Shown here in pieces: positions 27,185-35,431 of a stretch of DNA of 35,431 nucleotides. The stretch comes from an uncultured virus (IMG/VR IMGVR_UViG_3300008111_002316) (taxonomy: Duplodnaviria; Heunggongvirae; Uroviricota; Caudoviricetes). Position 1 is the first letter of the stretch. Every line of letters starts with the position of its first letter. The notes under the pieces were generated by a model. It was given only the letters and a program-made list of their open reading frames with translations. It did no database searches and was not told the DNA's origin. The stretch lies in the IMG/VR virus record IMGVR_UViG_3300008111_002316. The stretch is one strand, 5' to 3'. The position numbers and the translations under genes were made by a program.

Positions 27185-27274
27185 TATATTGGTTTGAGTA
27201 AAATGTCAAGAGGCATAATATCTTGGTACATAGTTTTAGGGCTGAGGGGGATAGTTAAAGGCGAAATATTAGTG
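27185..27274. repeat. 90-bp direct repeat, copy 1 (contains a - strand TTGACA)
   Basis: Near-identical to 32148-32237. Confidence 0.85.
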
Positions 27275-27554
27275 AAACTCAGTTTAGGAAACGAATGAAC
27301 GCAGATAGAATTACACTAAGACAGACTACAGACACAGCAATTCCAGAATCAAAATTTTCAGGGGTTGAGAAAAATCTTTTAGACTTTAACCCTAGTATAA
27401 AACTACCGTAAATGTTAATGAATGTTAACAAATGCGGGTCTAAGTCAATTAGGTAGTGTCATTCCAGTCAAAAGCATTTTCCACTACATTTAAATCCTTA
27501 TCGTACTCACGATTAAAGGCGTAATCGTCGTAGGGATGCCACTGAGCCAGTTCT

Positions 27555-27746
27555 TTAAGGCTTTCGTCTAAAACTATCGATTGTATCTAGAAAAGAGCAT
27601 GAGTATTTTTTCCAAAATCCAAAGTTTTGATCTCTCATAAAACTTAATGCTTGTTTAAAATCTTTTTCTTTAGTTTCATGCTTCGAGATAAATTCATTGT
27701 TCCAAAAAAACTGAATTGTCATGATTTCTCCTGTTGTTTTGTCCAT
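27555..27746 (-). CDS. Hypothetical small protein
   Basis: AGGAG RBS suggests the start is the second Met (MTIQFF). Confidence 0.5.
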   Translation of the reverse strand: MDKTTGEIMTIQFFWNNEFISKHETKEKDFKQALSFMRDQNFGFWKKYSCSFLDTIDSFRRKP

Positions 27747-28321
27747 ACTTTAATCTAATCACCTCGCCCTATATCGTGGTTAATTAAATGTGACATTATC
27801 TCAACTGTCACACCTCCTGAAAATAGATACGATAACCCTCAGTCTGTTTGCTTACCCCGTAATCCATCCACCGCCCCAGCAATCGGCTGAAACTGAAGCA
27901 CCCCGAACCGTGTCACCGGCGCATTAGGGACGTGCCTATCAACGCACTCCACCAACTTATACTTAAATAGAGCCAGTCTTTACAAAAGAAAAAACGGGCA
28001 AATAATAATGGCTTTTCGGATGACACCAATCTAACCCAAAAAGGCGATCGATATGCTGACCTCTATCGGCTACAAGGGAATAAGTTCATCAGAGAAGGCG
28101 AGAAAAAAGGAGCCTACTATCCAGTGATTAACCCAAACAGTAGCGACAATGCTCCCATCTGCTTTATCGGCTATTACGATTAATCCCCCAACCCTGAATA
28201 GTTTTGTCTTTCTAACCTGGTTATCTCTTTAAGTAGCTCGTTTCTTTCCTCAATAAGTTTTTGGTTTTCGCTTAAAGCCTATCTATTTCAGCTTTTAACT
28301 TTTCCTTTTCTTTAAAATTAT

Positions 28322-28519
28322 TCATTGTATGTAACCTCCATTAATTTTTACACTTGGATTTGATTCTTGGTAACTGCCATTACTTTTGATAAAAGGTAAA
28401 GCAAGTTTATAAACATTATCAATTTTAATATAGCTTTCAATAATTTGAAGCGTTATGTCCACAATAGGAATTTGCCCAATTTCTATTGTTGCCTTATCAA
28501 ATAAGCGCCGTGAAGCCAT
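28322..28519 (-). CDS. Small hypothetical protein of the virion module (start revised to MASRR)
   Basis: ATG 4 nt after the stop of the preceding gene. Confidence 0.55.
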   Translation of the reverse strand: MASRRLFDKATIEIGQIPIVDITLQIIESYIKIDNVYKLALPFIKSNGSYQESNPSVKINGGYIQ

Positions 28520-28523
28520 ACGA

Positions 28524-29327
28524 TTACTGCCCGAAAAAAAGAGAACCTGAAAGAGTTTGAGTAGATGTCGATGGAAATAAAAAACCAGACAAACAAGCGA
28601 CTGGGAAGATTTTGCAAAGGCTTCCAATAAATCCCCCCGTACTTACAGAATCAACTGGCTGGTTAGACACAGACATCATAGCCAAAGGCTTGAATAGGAT
28701 CACCCCAAAATTACCAGCCGTGCCAGTGCTGGCTGATAAAGTTACTGACTTTACAGCACGCACACCAGTATCCCCAGCGGCAAGAGGTATCAAATGTGTT
28801 CTACCTGAGTTTCGTTCACTGGTGGAACTAGAAGGAGGAAAAGAATACAAAGAGCTAATTTTCTCCGATACCCCATCTTGATTGGTATAATTAATTGAGG
28901 CAGTAACAATTGTGCCTCCTATAGCTGTCCAAATAATTAAGCCAGCAAATACCCCTTGACCATTTGTATATCTTGTTAAAGGTGCTGTTGGCAAGTTGAT
29001 AGTTTGTTCTGTGGTGACAATCCCACTTAGCCCGCCAGAGATATTAAGCAAATCTGCCACGATCAAAGTGCCTGCTCCATTATAATCAAATTGGCCTCCC
29101 AGCAGGAGGGTATCACTTGTGCTCAATGAATTTAATTGATTATTTATTGCATACGGACTGGTATTGTCCAAGTTAATACTTAAAGATGGAATAGAAGGCA
29201 CAGTAGGAAAAAATCTGGAGATCAACGACGCTTTAGCAATAGATGCCGACGATACATAACTTTGAAAATTTTCTGCATTTTGCAAAGATATTTGGCTAAG
29301 ATAATCTTGATAATTATTAATAGGCAT
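28524..29327 (-). CDS. Putative virion/tail-associated protein, paralog of 29330..30169 (start revised to MPINN)
   Basis: LTRYTNGQG, YTNQDGVS, GDTGVRAVKSVTLSASTGTAGNFG. Confidence 0.7.
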   Translation of the reverse strand: MPINNYQDYLSQISLQNAENFQSYVSSASIAKASLISRFFPTVPSIPSLSINLDNTSPYAINNQLNSLSTSDTLLLGGQFDYNGAGTLIVADLLNISGGLSGIVTTEQTINLPTAPLTRYTNGQGVFAGLIIWTAIGGTIVTASINYTNQDGVSEKISSLYSFPPSSSTSERNSGRTHLIPLAAGDTGVRAVKSVTLSASTGTAGNFGVILFKPLAMMSVSNQPVDSVSTGGFIGSLCKIFPVACLSGFLFPSTSTQTLSGSLFFGQ

Positions 29328-29329
29328 TT

Positions 29330-30169
29330 TTACTTCTCCACAAAAGCTAAACATCCAAAAATATCGGGAGCAGTTGTCCCTCCTGCCCGGAAAATATACG
29401 AGAGACAGGCATTCGGGTGGATCGAAGGAATACCAGGTAATCCTGTTGTGTAATCTCGCCAACCCATTATCCCTGCCAAAACTACAGACTGCCAAGATAT
29501 TGGAAGAACAAGGGTAATTCCAAAATTACCAGCCGTGCCAGTGCTAGCTGATAAAGCAATTTTTTCAATTACTCTGATTCCCTTATCTCCGAGAGCCAAA
29601 GGTATTCTTTGCATTCTCGTCGCTTCTCTAAATCCAGTTCCTCCTATGTTTATAGTCGAAACTCTTCCTGGTACACCCTCTTGATTTGTGTAAGTCATTG
29701 TCAAAGTGGTACTGGTTGTTCCGATCTGACTGTATATTTCGTAAAAAGCAATATTTCCAATGCCCTCCGTATTTCGGGTAAGAGCGGTAGAACCTTGTAT
29801 CGACTGATCCGTAGTTATTGCAGCATTTAATCCTCCAATCTGAAATAAGCGATCATAAACTACGTAGGTTCCAGCGACAGTAGAAGTGATCCCAGCACTA
29901 ATTAACAATTTTTCCTGCGAGGCTACAGGAGCAGTAAAAGGCATTGCTCCTATCGTCGAACGGCTTGGAATTTCGGCAATTGTAGGAACAGCCCCACCAC
30001 TCGGAATTCCCTCGTATTGCCATAAAGACTGATCCCTCCCAGTGATTGGTGATGTGGCACTGGCTACCCCGATTCGAGGAACTTTATGGAAAAAGAGGTT
30101 ATCTGGATTTCCGTTGTTACCTCCAGATTGCCTGTTAATTAAATCAGATAATCCACTTAAAGCGGCCAT
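29330..30169 (-). CDS. Putative virion/tail-associated protein
   Basis: LTRNTEGIG, YTNQEGVP, GDKGIRVIEKIALSASTGTAGNFG; G/S/T-rich. Confidence 0.7.
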   Translation of the reverse strand: MAALSGLSDLINRQSGGNNGNPDNLFFHKVPRIGVASATSPITGRDQSLWQYEGIPSGGAVPTIAEIPSRSTIGAMPFTAPVASQEKLLISAGITSTVAGTYVVYDRLFQIGGLNAAITTDQSIQGSTALTRNTEGIGNIAFYEIYSQIGTTSTTLTMTYTNQEGVPGRVSTINIGGTGFREATRMQRIPLALGDKGIRVIEKIALSASTGTAGNFGITLVLPISWQSVVLAGIMGWRDYTTGLPGIPSIHPNACLSYIFRAGGTTAPDIFGCLAFVEK

Positions 30170-30372
30170 AAGTTTCTTTCGGTTATGAATTGGTTAACTT
30201 CAACTAAAAAAGTTGATAAATTCAAAAAATTAACTGGACTAGCTACGATTAGCCTCGAATCTGGTAAAAATTGAGGCAAAATTTCAACACCTTCATTTAT
30301 ATACCATTTGCAATGCCAGTCGCCTGCTTCAGATTCAAAAGTGTAAGATTCAACAGTTTCTATGACTCTCAT
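30157..30372 (-). CDS. Small hypothetical protein
   Basis: 71 aa, tightly packed in the operon. Confidence 0.6.
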   Translation of the reverse strand: MRVIETVESYTFESEAGDWHCKWYINEGVEILPQFLPDSRLIVASPVNFLNLSTFLVEVNQFITERNLWPL

Positions 30373-30389
30373 GATTTTTCGGGATTAAG

Positions 30390-30578
30390 TTAACTAGAAA
30401 TGCGAAAATAAATACTACCTTCTGGGTTTCCGTCGCTATTATTAGGAGCCTCAGTTCCGTAGGTAATAATTGTAATGGTTGGTTTCTCCGAAATATTAGC
30501 CCAAGTTAAATAACTTGATACCCATCGGGTTGTGACAACGCTATCTAAAGTGTTAATTGGGCCAAGATACTCTTTCAT
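30390..30578 (-). CDS. Small tail-fibre-associated-like protein
   Basis: TWANISEKP and ITYGTEAP...G..GSIYF resemble fibre-protein motifs. Confidence 0.55.
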   Translation of the reverse strand: MKEYLGPINTLDSVVTTRWVSSYLTWANISEKPTITIITYGTEAPNNSDGNPEGSIYFRISS

Positions 30579-30586
30579 TATACTTA

Positions 30587-31396
30587 CTAAGCTAACAATT
30601 TGGCTACAAAACCATTGACAGGGGGAACTGCTGTAGAGGCAAAAGTTAGGCGAATCGAAGTGTTACTTAATCTTTCTGTGAATACGCCCACAGTATCTCT
30701 ATTGCCGCTATTGCGGATCACTTCTACACTAGGATTAATATCAGTCAGTGTGTGGGTAATTACAAAAATCGTATTAGTGCCGTCTCCAAAAGGATTGGTA
30801 GTTACAGATCGCCGTCTGCCTGACCAACTGGCAAGGATAGAAGGAGTGACATATTTAGCCGTATCTGTCCCAGATTCTAATTCGGCTAAAGTAGCACGCT
30901 GTACCTTGCCTGCTGTGGTTTCACTTGCATCCGGTACTCCCGACCCGTGAACTTGCCAGATAATCGCAGAAGTACCAATAGTCACAGATTGCGTGATTTG
31001 TCGATAAGTTACCCCGTCATCGTTATTCCCACTACCAGACGCAACAGTGACGATTGCATTTCTTAGCTCGGACCCCGTACTAGCGTCAGCAGTGCGAGTA
31101 GCCGGAACAGAAGCTCCGTTCCAATTGTAAAGTCCATTTTCTGTGTTATCGCTTTGATTTGCGGCAATAAAGCGAGAATTAGCCAGGGTCATAGTTACCC
31201 CACCAATGATCGACCCGGGAGCATTTAAATTGATATTTGATGGGGCAGATGCAAAGACAGCATCTTTATAATCAAATCCTTCTAAGAGGGCATTTACAGT
31301 GCCAAAATTAACTAGATCATTAGGGTTTTCCGGAGCAACAGAAGCCTGGATTTTTCCCTTAAACTCAACATCAGACCAATATTCAATAATCTGCAT
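30587..31396 (-). CDS. Tail fibre/decoration-like structural protein
   Basis: NQSDNTENGLY, TRTADA, DASETTAGKVQRAT..E..GTD..KYVTP (fibre repeat), GDGTNT.FVITH.L. Confidence 0.7.
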   Translation of the reverse strand: MQIIEYWSDVEFKGKIQASVAPENPNDLVNFGTVNALLEGFDYKDAVFASAPSNINLNAPGSIIGGVTMTLANSRFIAANQSDNTENGLYNWNGASVPATRTADASTGSELRNAIVTVASGSGNNDDGVTYRQITQSVTIGTSAIIWQVHGSGVPDASETTAGKVQRATLAELESGTDTAKYVTPSILASWSGRRRSVTTNPFGDGTNTIFVITHTLTDINPSVEVIRNSGNRDTVGVFTERLSNTSIRLTFASTAVPPVNGFVAKLLA

Positions 31397-31398
31397 AA

Positions 31399-31716
31399 TT
31401 ACCTCGATAAGATTGCGTAGCCACTAAAAGGACTACTAAAAACAATTTGAGTAGTGGTTAAAGAAAGATTTTGTGTAAAAGCCTCTATTTTTACTCCTCC
31501 CGAACTAAAAACTTGAGTTTGTGGCTCAAAGTTTAAATTATGCACAATTATCCACGTTGCAGACGGAGTGTTTTGAGTGTGCTTATAAAAAACGCTACCA
31601 TCTCCGGGTGGTCCGGGTGGGCCAGGTGGGCCTTGTATATAATTGTCCGGGTCTCTAGCCAGAACAAAAATCGCTGATTCTTCCTCTTGCAGGACTACTA
31701 TCGTCGGCTGATTCAC
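31399..31716 (-). CDS. Virion-associated protein with short collagen-like repeat
   Basis: QGPPGPPGPPGDG; HTQ..PSATW.I.HNL. Confidence 0.7.
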   Translation of the reverse strand: MNQPTIVVLQEEESAIFVLARDPDNYIQGPPGPPGPPGDGSVFYKHTQNTPSATWIIVHNLNFEPQTQVFSSGGVKIEAFTQNLSLTTTQIVFSSPFSGYAILSR

Positions 31717-32132
31717 ATTAAAACCTCCGTTACTCGATCGCTCACCTCCACCAATCCCTCAAAAAGCGTAAAAATTCGCTCAAAATTTGTAGGATGCCGT
31801 ATCTTAATATCGTACTCCCACAGATGTCGTCCGACCACAATCGCTTGACCAGCACTCGGTGACTTAGTTGGTGGCAAAGCTAAAGCAACCGAAGCTCGAA
31901 GGAATGGTACAATTCTCGTGCATTCCGTCTCCACCTCGTTAATCGGAATGATGATCGGAATCATCGGCTCAAAATCAAAAGCTCCGTAAAGATCACCCCC
32001 TGCCTTTTTGCGAACCTCCCCAAAAATTAGCCAGCTAGTAAAATCGCCCTCGATCGCAAAAGTGCGCCGCCGCCATTCACTGCCACGCTCTATCTTCAAA
32101 TCACCAATTAAATCAAATCTAACCGGTCTCAT
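31713..32132 (-). CDS. Putative baseplate/tail-associated protein
   Basis: L.IERG N-terminus; YDI....TLFEG.VEV..RVT C-terminus; GGAGG RBS. Confidence 0.6.
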   Translation of the reverse strand: MRPVRFDLIGDLKIERGSEWRRRTFAIEGDFTSWLIFGEVRKKAGGDLYGAFDFEPMIPIIIPINEVETECTRIVPFLRASVALALPPTKSPSAGQAIVVGRHLWEYDIKIRHPTNFERIFTLFEGLVEVSDRVTEVLM

Positions 32133-32147
32133 GTCTTCCCTCCTTTC

Positions 32148-32237
32148 TATATTGGTTTGAGCGAAATGTCAAGAGGCTTAATATCTTGGTACATATATTT
32201 AGGTCTGAAAGGAATAGTTAAGGGCGAAATATTAGTG
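32148..32237. repeat. 90-bp direct repeat, copy 2
   Basis: Near-identical to 27185-27274. Confidence 0.85.
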
Positions 32238-33236
32238 GACATGAAGGAAAGGCTCTCCGTATAGTTTTAACAATACTTTACGGGCAACAGCTTTGACAAC
32301 TGGAACTGCAACAGAATTACCAAATTGTTTATAGGCTTGTGTGTTAGACACTACAATTTGGAAAGAATCAGGAAATCCTTGCAATCTTGCCCATTCACGA
32401 GGGGTCAAAAAGCGAATGAAACGACTATTTTTTTCAGAGGGATAATTAGAAGGAGGATTAATATCTTGAATAAGATTGCGCTCTCTCCCCTGACCTCCAA
32501 CCATTATAGCATTAGAGCAACCCTCCTTGTCAAGTATTTCGTACCCAAAGTTGTTACCTAATTCTAAATGGCGTGCTTTGTGAGCCTGTAAACTTTGCCA
32601 ATAACCTTCGTTTAGGTAGTATTTTAAATCAACGGGTTCCGTCTCTAAAATGAAACGAAGGTGAGGGTTTCTGGTTTCGGGAGTAGGATAGTCAAACCAG
32701 TGATATTTCCAAGAAGCTTGGACGTTAGGTTCAAAACCTACAATAAAAACACGAGGGCGATTTTGAGGTACTGAAAAATTGCGGGCATTCAAGATTTCTG
32801 GTTCAGGGACATAATAGCCCAACTCCCCTCTTAAGATGGACAAAATAGTTTTTAAAGTTTTTCCCCGTTCAATAGAGGCTAAACCTTTAACATTTTCCAA
32901 AATAAAGGCTTTAGGTCTTTTAGCCTTTAAAACTTTGACAATATCAAAAAACAGATTACCCCGTTTATCTTGAAATCCTAACTTTTTACCAGCCATTGAA
33001 AAAGGTTGACATGGAAACCCCGCAGTCAGTATATCAAAATCGGGAATAGTTTCAGGGTTTAAATCCCGAATGTCTAAATTATCAAAGGTCTTGTCAAAAT
33101 TTGCAAAATACGTTTTTTGACAAAACTTGTCTATTTCCGAACTAAATACACACTCACCACCCAAACTACTTAAAGCAAGACGAAAACCGCCAATTCCCGC
33201 AAATAAGTCGATAAACTTGAAACTATTTGAAATCAT
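32232..33236 (-). CDS. DNA (cytosine-5)-methyltransferase, M.HpaII-like
   Basis: FIDLFAGIGG, GFPCQPFS, ENV, PQNRPRVF, YKQFGNSV; variable region GNNFGYEI...NAIMVGGQGRERNL resembles M.HpaII. Confidence 0.93.
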   Translation of the reverse strand: MISNSFKFIDLFAGIGGFRLALSSLGGECVFSSEIDKFCQKTYFANFDKTFDNLDIRDLNPETIPDFDILTAGFPCQPFSMAGKKLGFQDKRGNLFFDIVKVLKAKRPKAFILENVKGLASIERGKTLKTILSILRGELGYYVPEPEILNARNFSVPQNRPRVFIVGFEPNVQASWKYHWFDYPTPETRNPHLRFILETEPVDLKYYLNEGYWQSLQAHKARHLELGNNFGYEILDKEGCSNAIMVGGQGRERNLIQDINPPSNYPSEKNSRFIRFLTPREWARLQGFPDSFQIVVSNTQAYKQFGNSVAVPVVKAVARKVLLKLYGEPFLHVH

Positions 33237-33265
33237 AAAGCCTCCTATTAGCTATTTTAGAAAAT

Positions 33266-34117
33266 TTACTTAACTTGTAAATGCTTACCTAAATATTCTT
33301 CAATTTGTTTTTTGCATCTGCCGTAATTTTGTTGACGGGGAGAAGGTAGCTTAAACCAATTGAGGTAGTCTTGCTCACTGTAAGGCAAAACTCTAAATCT
33401 GGAGTAATAAGGACTCAATTTCGCCCAAATATAAGGCGTTTTTAAAGGCTTATTACATTCTCGCAAAACTTCGGTTTCGGAGTTAGGTAAACGTTCCCAC
33501 TGGGTTAAAACAACAGGTTTAGAGGGGATTTTAGCAAAGTGATTGACTAAACCGTTTACCCCTTTGAACCCAGTGCTTCCAACTTTCTCTTTTAATAAGA
33601 TACGGGCTATGTCTTCCCATTTTTTAATCTTATAACCGTAGGGAAGCTGAAACGCATATAAATCCCAAGTTAAAGTGACAAAAAGTGGGTTACTAACACT
33701 ATCACTATTTCTTCTTTTGGATTCAATATTTATTAATCTATGCTTCATGTCAAGATTGAAACAAATCAAATCCCCAAATTTAAGTTCCTTAGAGATTTTA
33801 TTCTCTAATTGCAAAATGTGTCCATTTGACTCTAAGACCCACAAAAGAGTATGCCCTACCCAGTCTCTGTGCCAGTCTACCTCTTTGCAAGATAGCATTG
33901 GTAAATCCTTAAATTCAAAAGAATAGATTTCTTCTGATTCTATATTTGATGCTTCACTAAAAACAGACTTATCAAGGGATAATTCTTCGTGCAATTCAAG
34001 CAAGCTTGGAGTAACTAAATTGCCTAAATCTACAAAAGCTTTTTTTGTTGGCATGACGATTTTTGATTTTTCTAACTTTTCTCTATTTAAACAGATTTTT
34101 TTGAGTTTGTCAAGCAT
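33266..34117 (-). CDS. Putative DSBH/2OG-Fe(II) dioxygenase-like protein
   Basis: VDWHRD (HxD) ... L.FGDLICFN...H spacing. Confidence 0.45.
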   Translation of the reverse strand: MLDKLKKICLNREKLEKSKIVMPTKKAFVDLGNLVTPSLLELHEELSLDKSVFSEASNIESEEIYSFEFKDLPMLSCKEVDWHRDWVGHTLLWVLESNGHILQLENKISKELKFGDLICFNLDMKHRLINIESKRRNSDSVSNPLFVTLTWDLYAFQLPYGYKIKKWEDIARILLKEKVGSTGFKGVNGLVNHFAKIPSKPVVLTQWERLPNSETEVLRECNKPLKTPYIWAKLSPYYSRFRVLPYSEQDYLNWFKLPSPRQQNYGRCKKQIEEYLGKHLQVK

Positions 34118-34195
34118 TTTATTTATAGTATATCTGTACTAGGTCACTTAAAGTATTTAAGACATATATAGGGTAGTATTTAAAATTCTAAACCA

Positions 34196-34477
34196 ATGTG
34201 TAAAAAGCAAAACGAATATCGCAAATTATTTAACAATTGGAAAAAATCAAATGTTGGTAAAACAGGAATTGATTTCCTGAAAAAAAAACAACGGTTCATG
34301 TGTCCAAATTGTTTCAATAATTTGAACAATGGGTATCATGTTCATCATTTAATACCCATATCTAAATTAGAAGAGCAAACTAAATCTTTAGCCATTGACT
34401 TAAGGAATTTAGTTTTGCTTTGTCCTAGTTGCAATTTAGCACAAGGCAATAAGATTGATACTCGATTTGACGACTAA
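34196..34477 (+). CDS. HNH endonuclease (small, Zn-binding)
   Basis: CPNC..YHVHHLIP...NLVLLCPSCN..GN. Confidence 0.85.
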   Translation: MCKKQNEYRKLFNNWKKSNVGKTGIDFLKKKQRFMCPNCFNNLNNGYHVHHLIPISKLEEQTKSLAIDLRNLVLLCPSCNLAQGNKIDTRFDD

Positions 34478-34740
34478 GACTTACTAGCTTCCCAAAATGT
34501 GGGCGTTACAGTGTCTAAAAAAACCATAGAACGTTCGCCGTATTCTTTTTTCAAATCTGTTGTTATCTTTTCAATCATCTCAGTAATTAAAGAAGAATAT
34601 TCGTCCATAGCCTCTTTTAGTCTAATATAAGGTTTCGTGGTAATAACAACATTAGCAAACACGGCAAACTGCTCAGTATCACCTAAGATTTTGGTTTTAA
34701 CTATAAATTTGAGGATTAGCATGGCATTGATTGTATTCAT
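34474..34740 (-). CDS. Hypothetical protein
   Basis: 88-aa ORF. Confidence 0.55.
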   Translation of the reverse strand: MNTINAMLILKFIVKTKILGDTEQFAVFANVVITTKPYIRLKEAMDEYSSLITEMIEKITTDLKKEYGERSMVFLDTVTPTFWEASKS

Positions 34741-34829
34741 CGTAAAATTAGGAGTTGTATTACGTTTTGCATCTAGAATTTATTTTAGCATGGTTGACGA
34801 AAAATTAACCTAGTGAGCTATCTAAAAAA

Positions 34830-35431
34830 TGTACTACTTGGTCTGAAATAAATAAGATTTAATTATATCAGGGGTTTTAACGTTTTAGACTTAAAAAAAG
34901 TGCTATTTTAAAATCAATAAAACCCAATCATAGTATGGCTTTGACCTGTTTGTACTATGTAGTAGGGGGGATAACTTTATTTTTTTTTTTTATCCCTTAC
35001 CCCTTTAATCATCGCATTGGAGGGTTCCAAATTTTAAACAATTCCTTTCTTTTCAGAGCGGGTTCATAACACAGCCTTTTCCTTTCCTTTCAGAAGGGGT
35101 TCATAATCCAGCCTTCCTTGCACTTCAGAGCGGGTCATGATACTTTTACCATTAAACTAATTTGTATTGGTCTAAGGGTTAAAAAATGGGTAAATGGGTC
35201 AATGTGGGCTAAATATTTAAATATATATTTAATTTTTGGTAGGTTTATTTGTGAATACCCTAGAATTAAAGTATCCTAGTATCCTATCCCCCACTCTATT
35301 TTTTTGCTATGTATCTATCATAGCATAGGAATAAACAAAATGTCAAGAGGTAGTGGAAAAAAATTTTTTGGGTAAAGGGGGTAAAGGGAAAATTTGTTTT
35401 AAAGGTAAACTGCGATGAATAATGAGGTGAG
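34830..35431. repeat. Inverted-repeat element, copy 2 (right arm cut by the window end)
   Basis: 34830-35016 matches the left arm of copy 1; 35121-35370 matches 9703-9960; TAAACTGCGATGA at 35406 begins the right arm. Confidence 0.9.

Noticed and set aside
27990..28183. Open + strand frame ending ...APICFIGYYD
   Set aside because: No start codon or recognisable family; probably a captured gene fragment.
11494..30950. Short overlapping or antisense ORFs inside nrdA, pol, helicase, DUF4417 and structural genes (e.g. 11494, 12661, 20001, 20985, 24593, 28612, 30600)
   Set aside because: Shadow frames produced by biased codon usage; no RBS or recognisable motifs.
1..35431. tRNA, rRNA, integrase or reverse transcriptase genes
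   Set aside because: None recognised by eye; tRNAscan-SE and HMM searches were not run.

Overview
AT-rich segment of a dsDNA cyanophage; a freshwater Microcystis-like host is inferred from cyanobacterial-type captured genes. (1) 1-9200: + strand early-type region of small genes, each with a sigma70-like promoter. It ends in an array of about 28 copies of a ~58-bp palindrome-bearing unit (TGTGCCA-N10-TG[G/T]CACA) that separates seven cassettes sharing one promoter/RBS module; several cassettes are KTSC/host-gene chimeras. (2) 9313-10194: non-coding ~880-bp element with ~190-bp inverted arms, repeated at the window end. (3) 10270-27100: mostly - strand replication/metabolism genes: dNMP-kinase-like protein, class I RNR alpha (its beta gene lies ~9.4 kb away), DUF4417, L,D-transpeptidase-like and ClpP-like proteins, a mitochondrial Pol-gamma-like polymerase split by an HNH-encoding group I intron, a LAGLIDADG-like ORF and a Dda-like helicase. 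(4) 27185-34740: a virion/tail-type module between 90-bp direct repeats, an HpaII-like C5 methyltransferase, a putative HxD..H dioxygenase and an HNH nuclease. Most notable: two orphan OMEGA RNA scaffolds (IscB-type and TnpB-type) have lost their nucleases, and their guide positions match the phage's own neighbouring polymerase (30/31 nt) and helicase (15/16 nt) genes. All calls are by-eye motif recognition; no searches were run.
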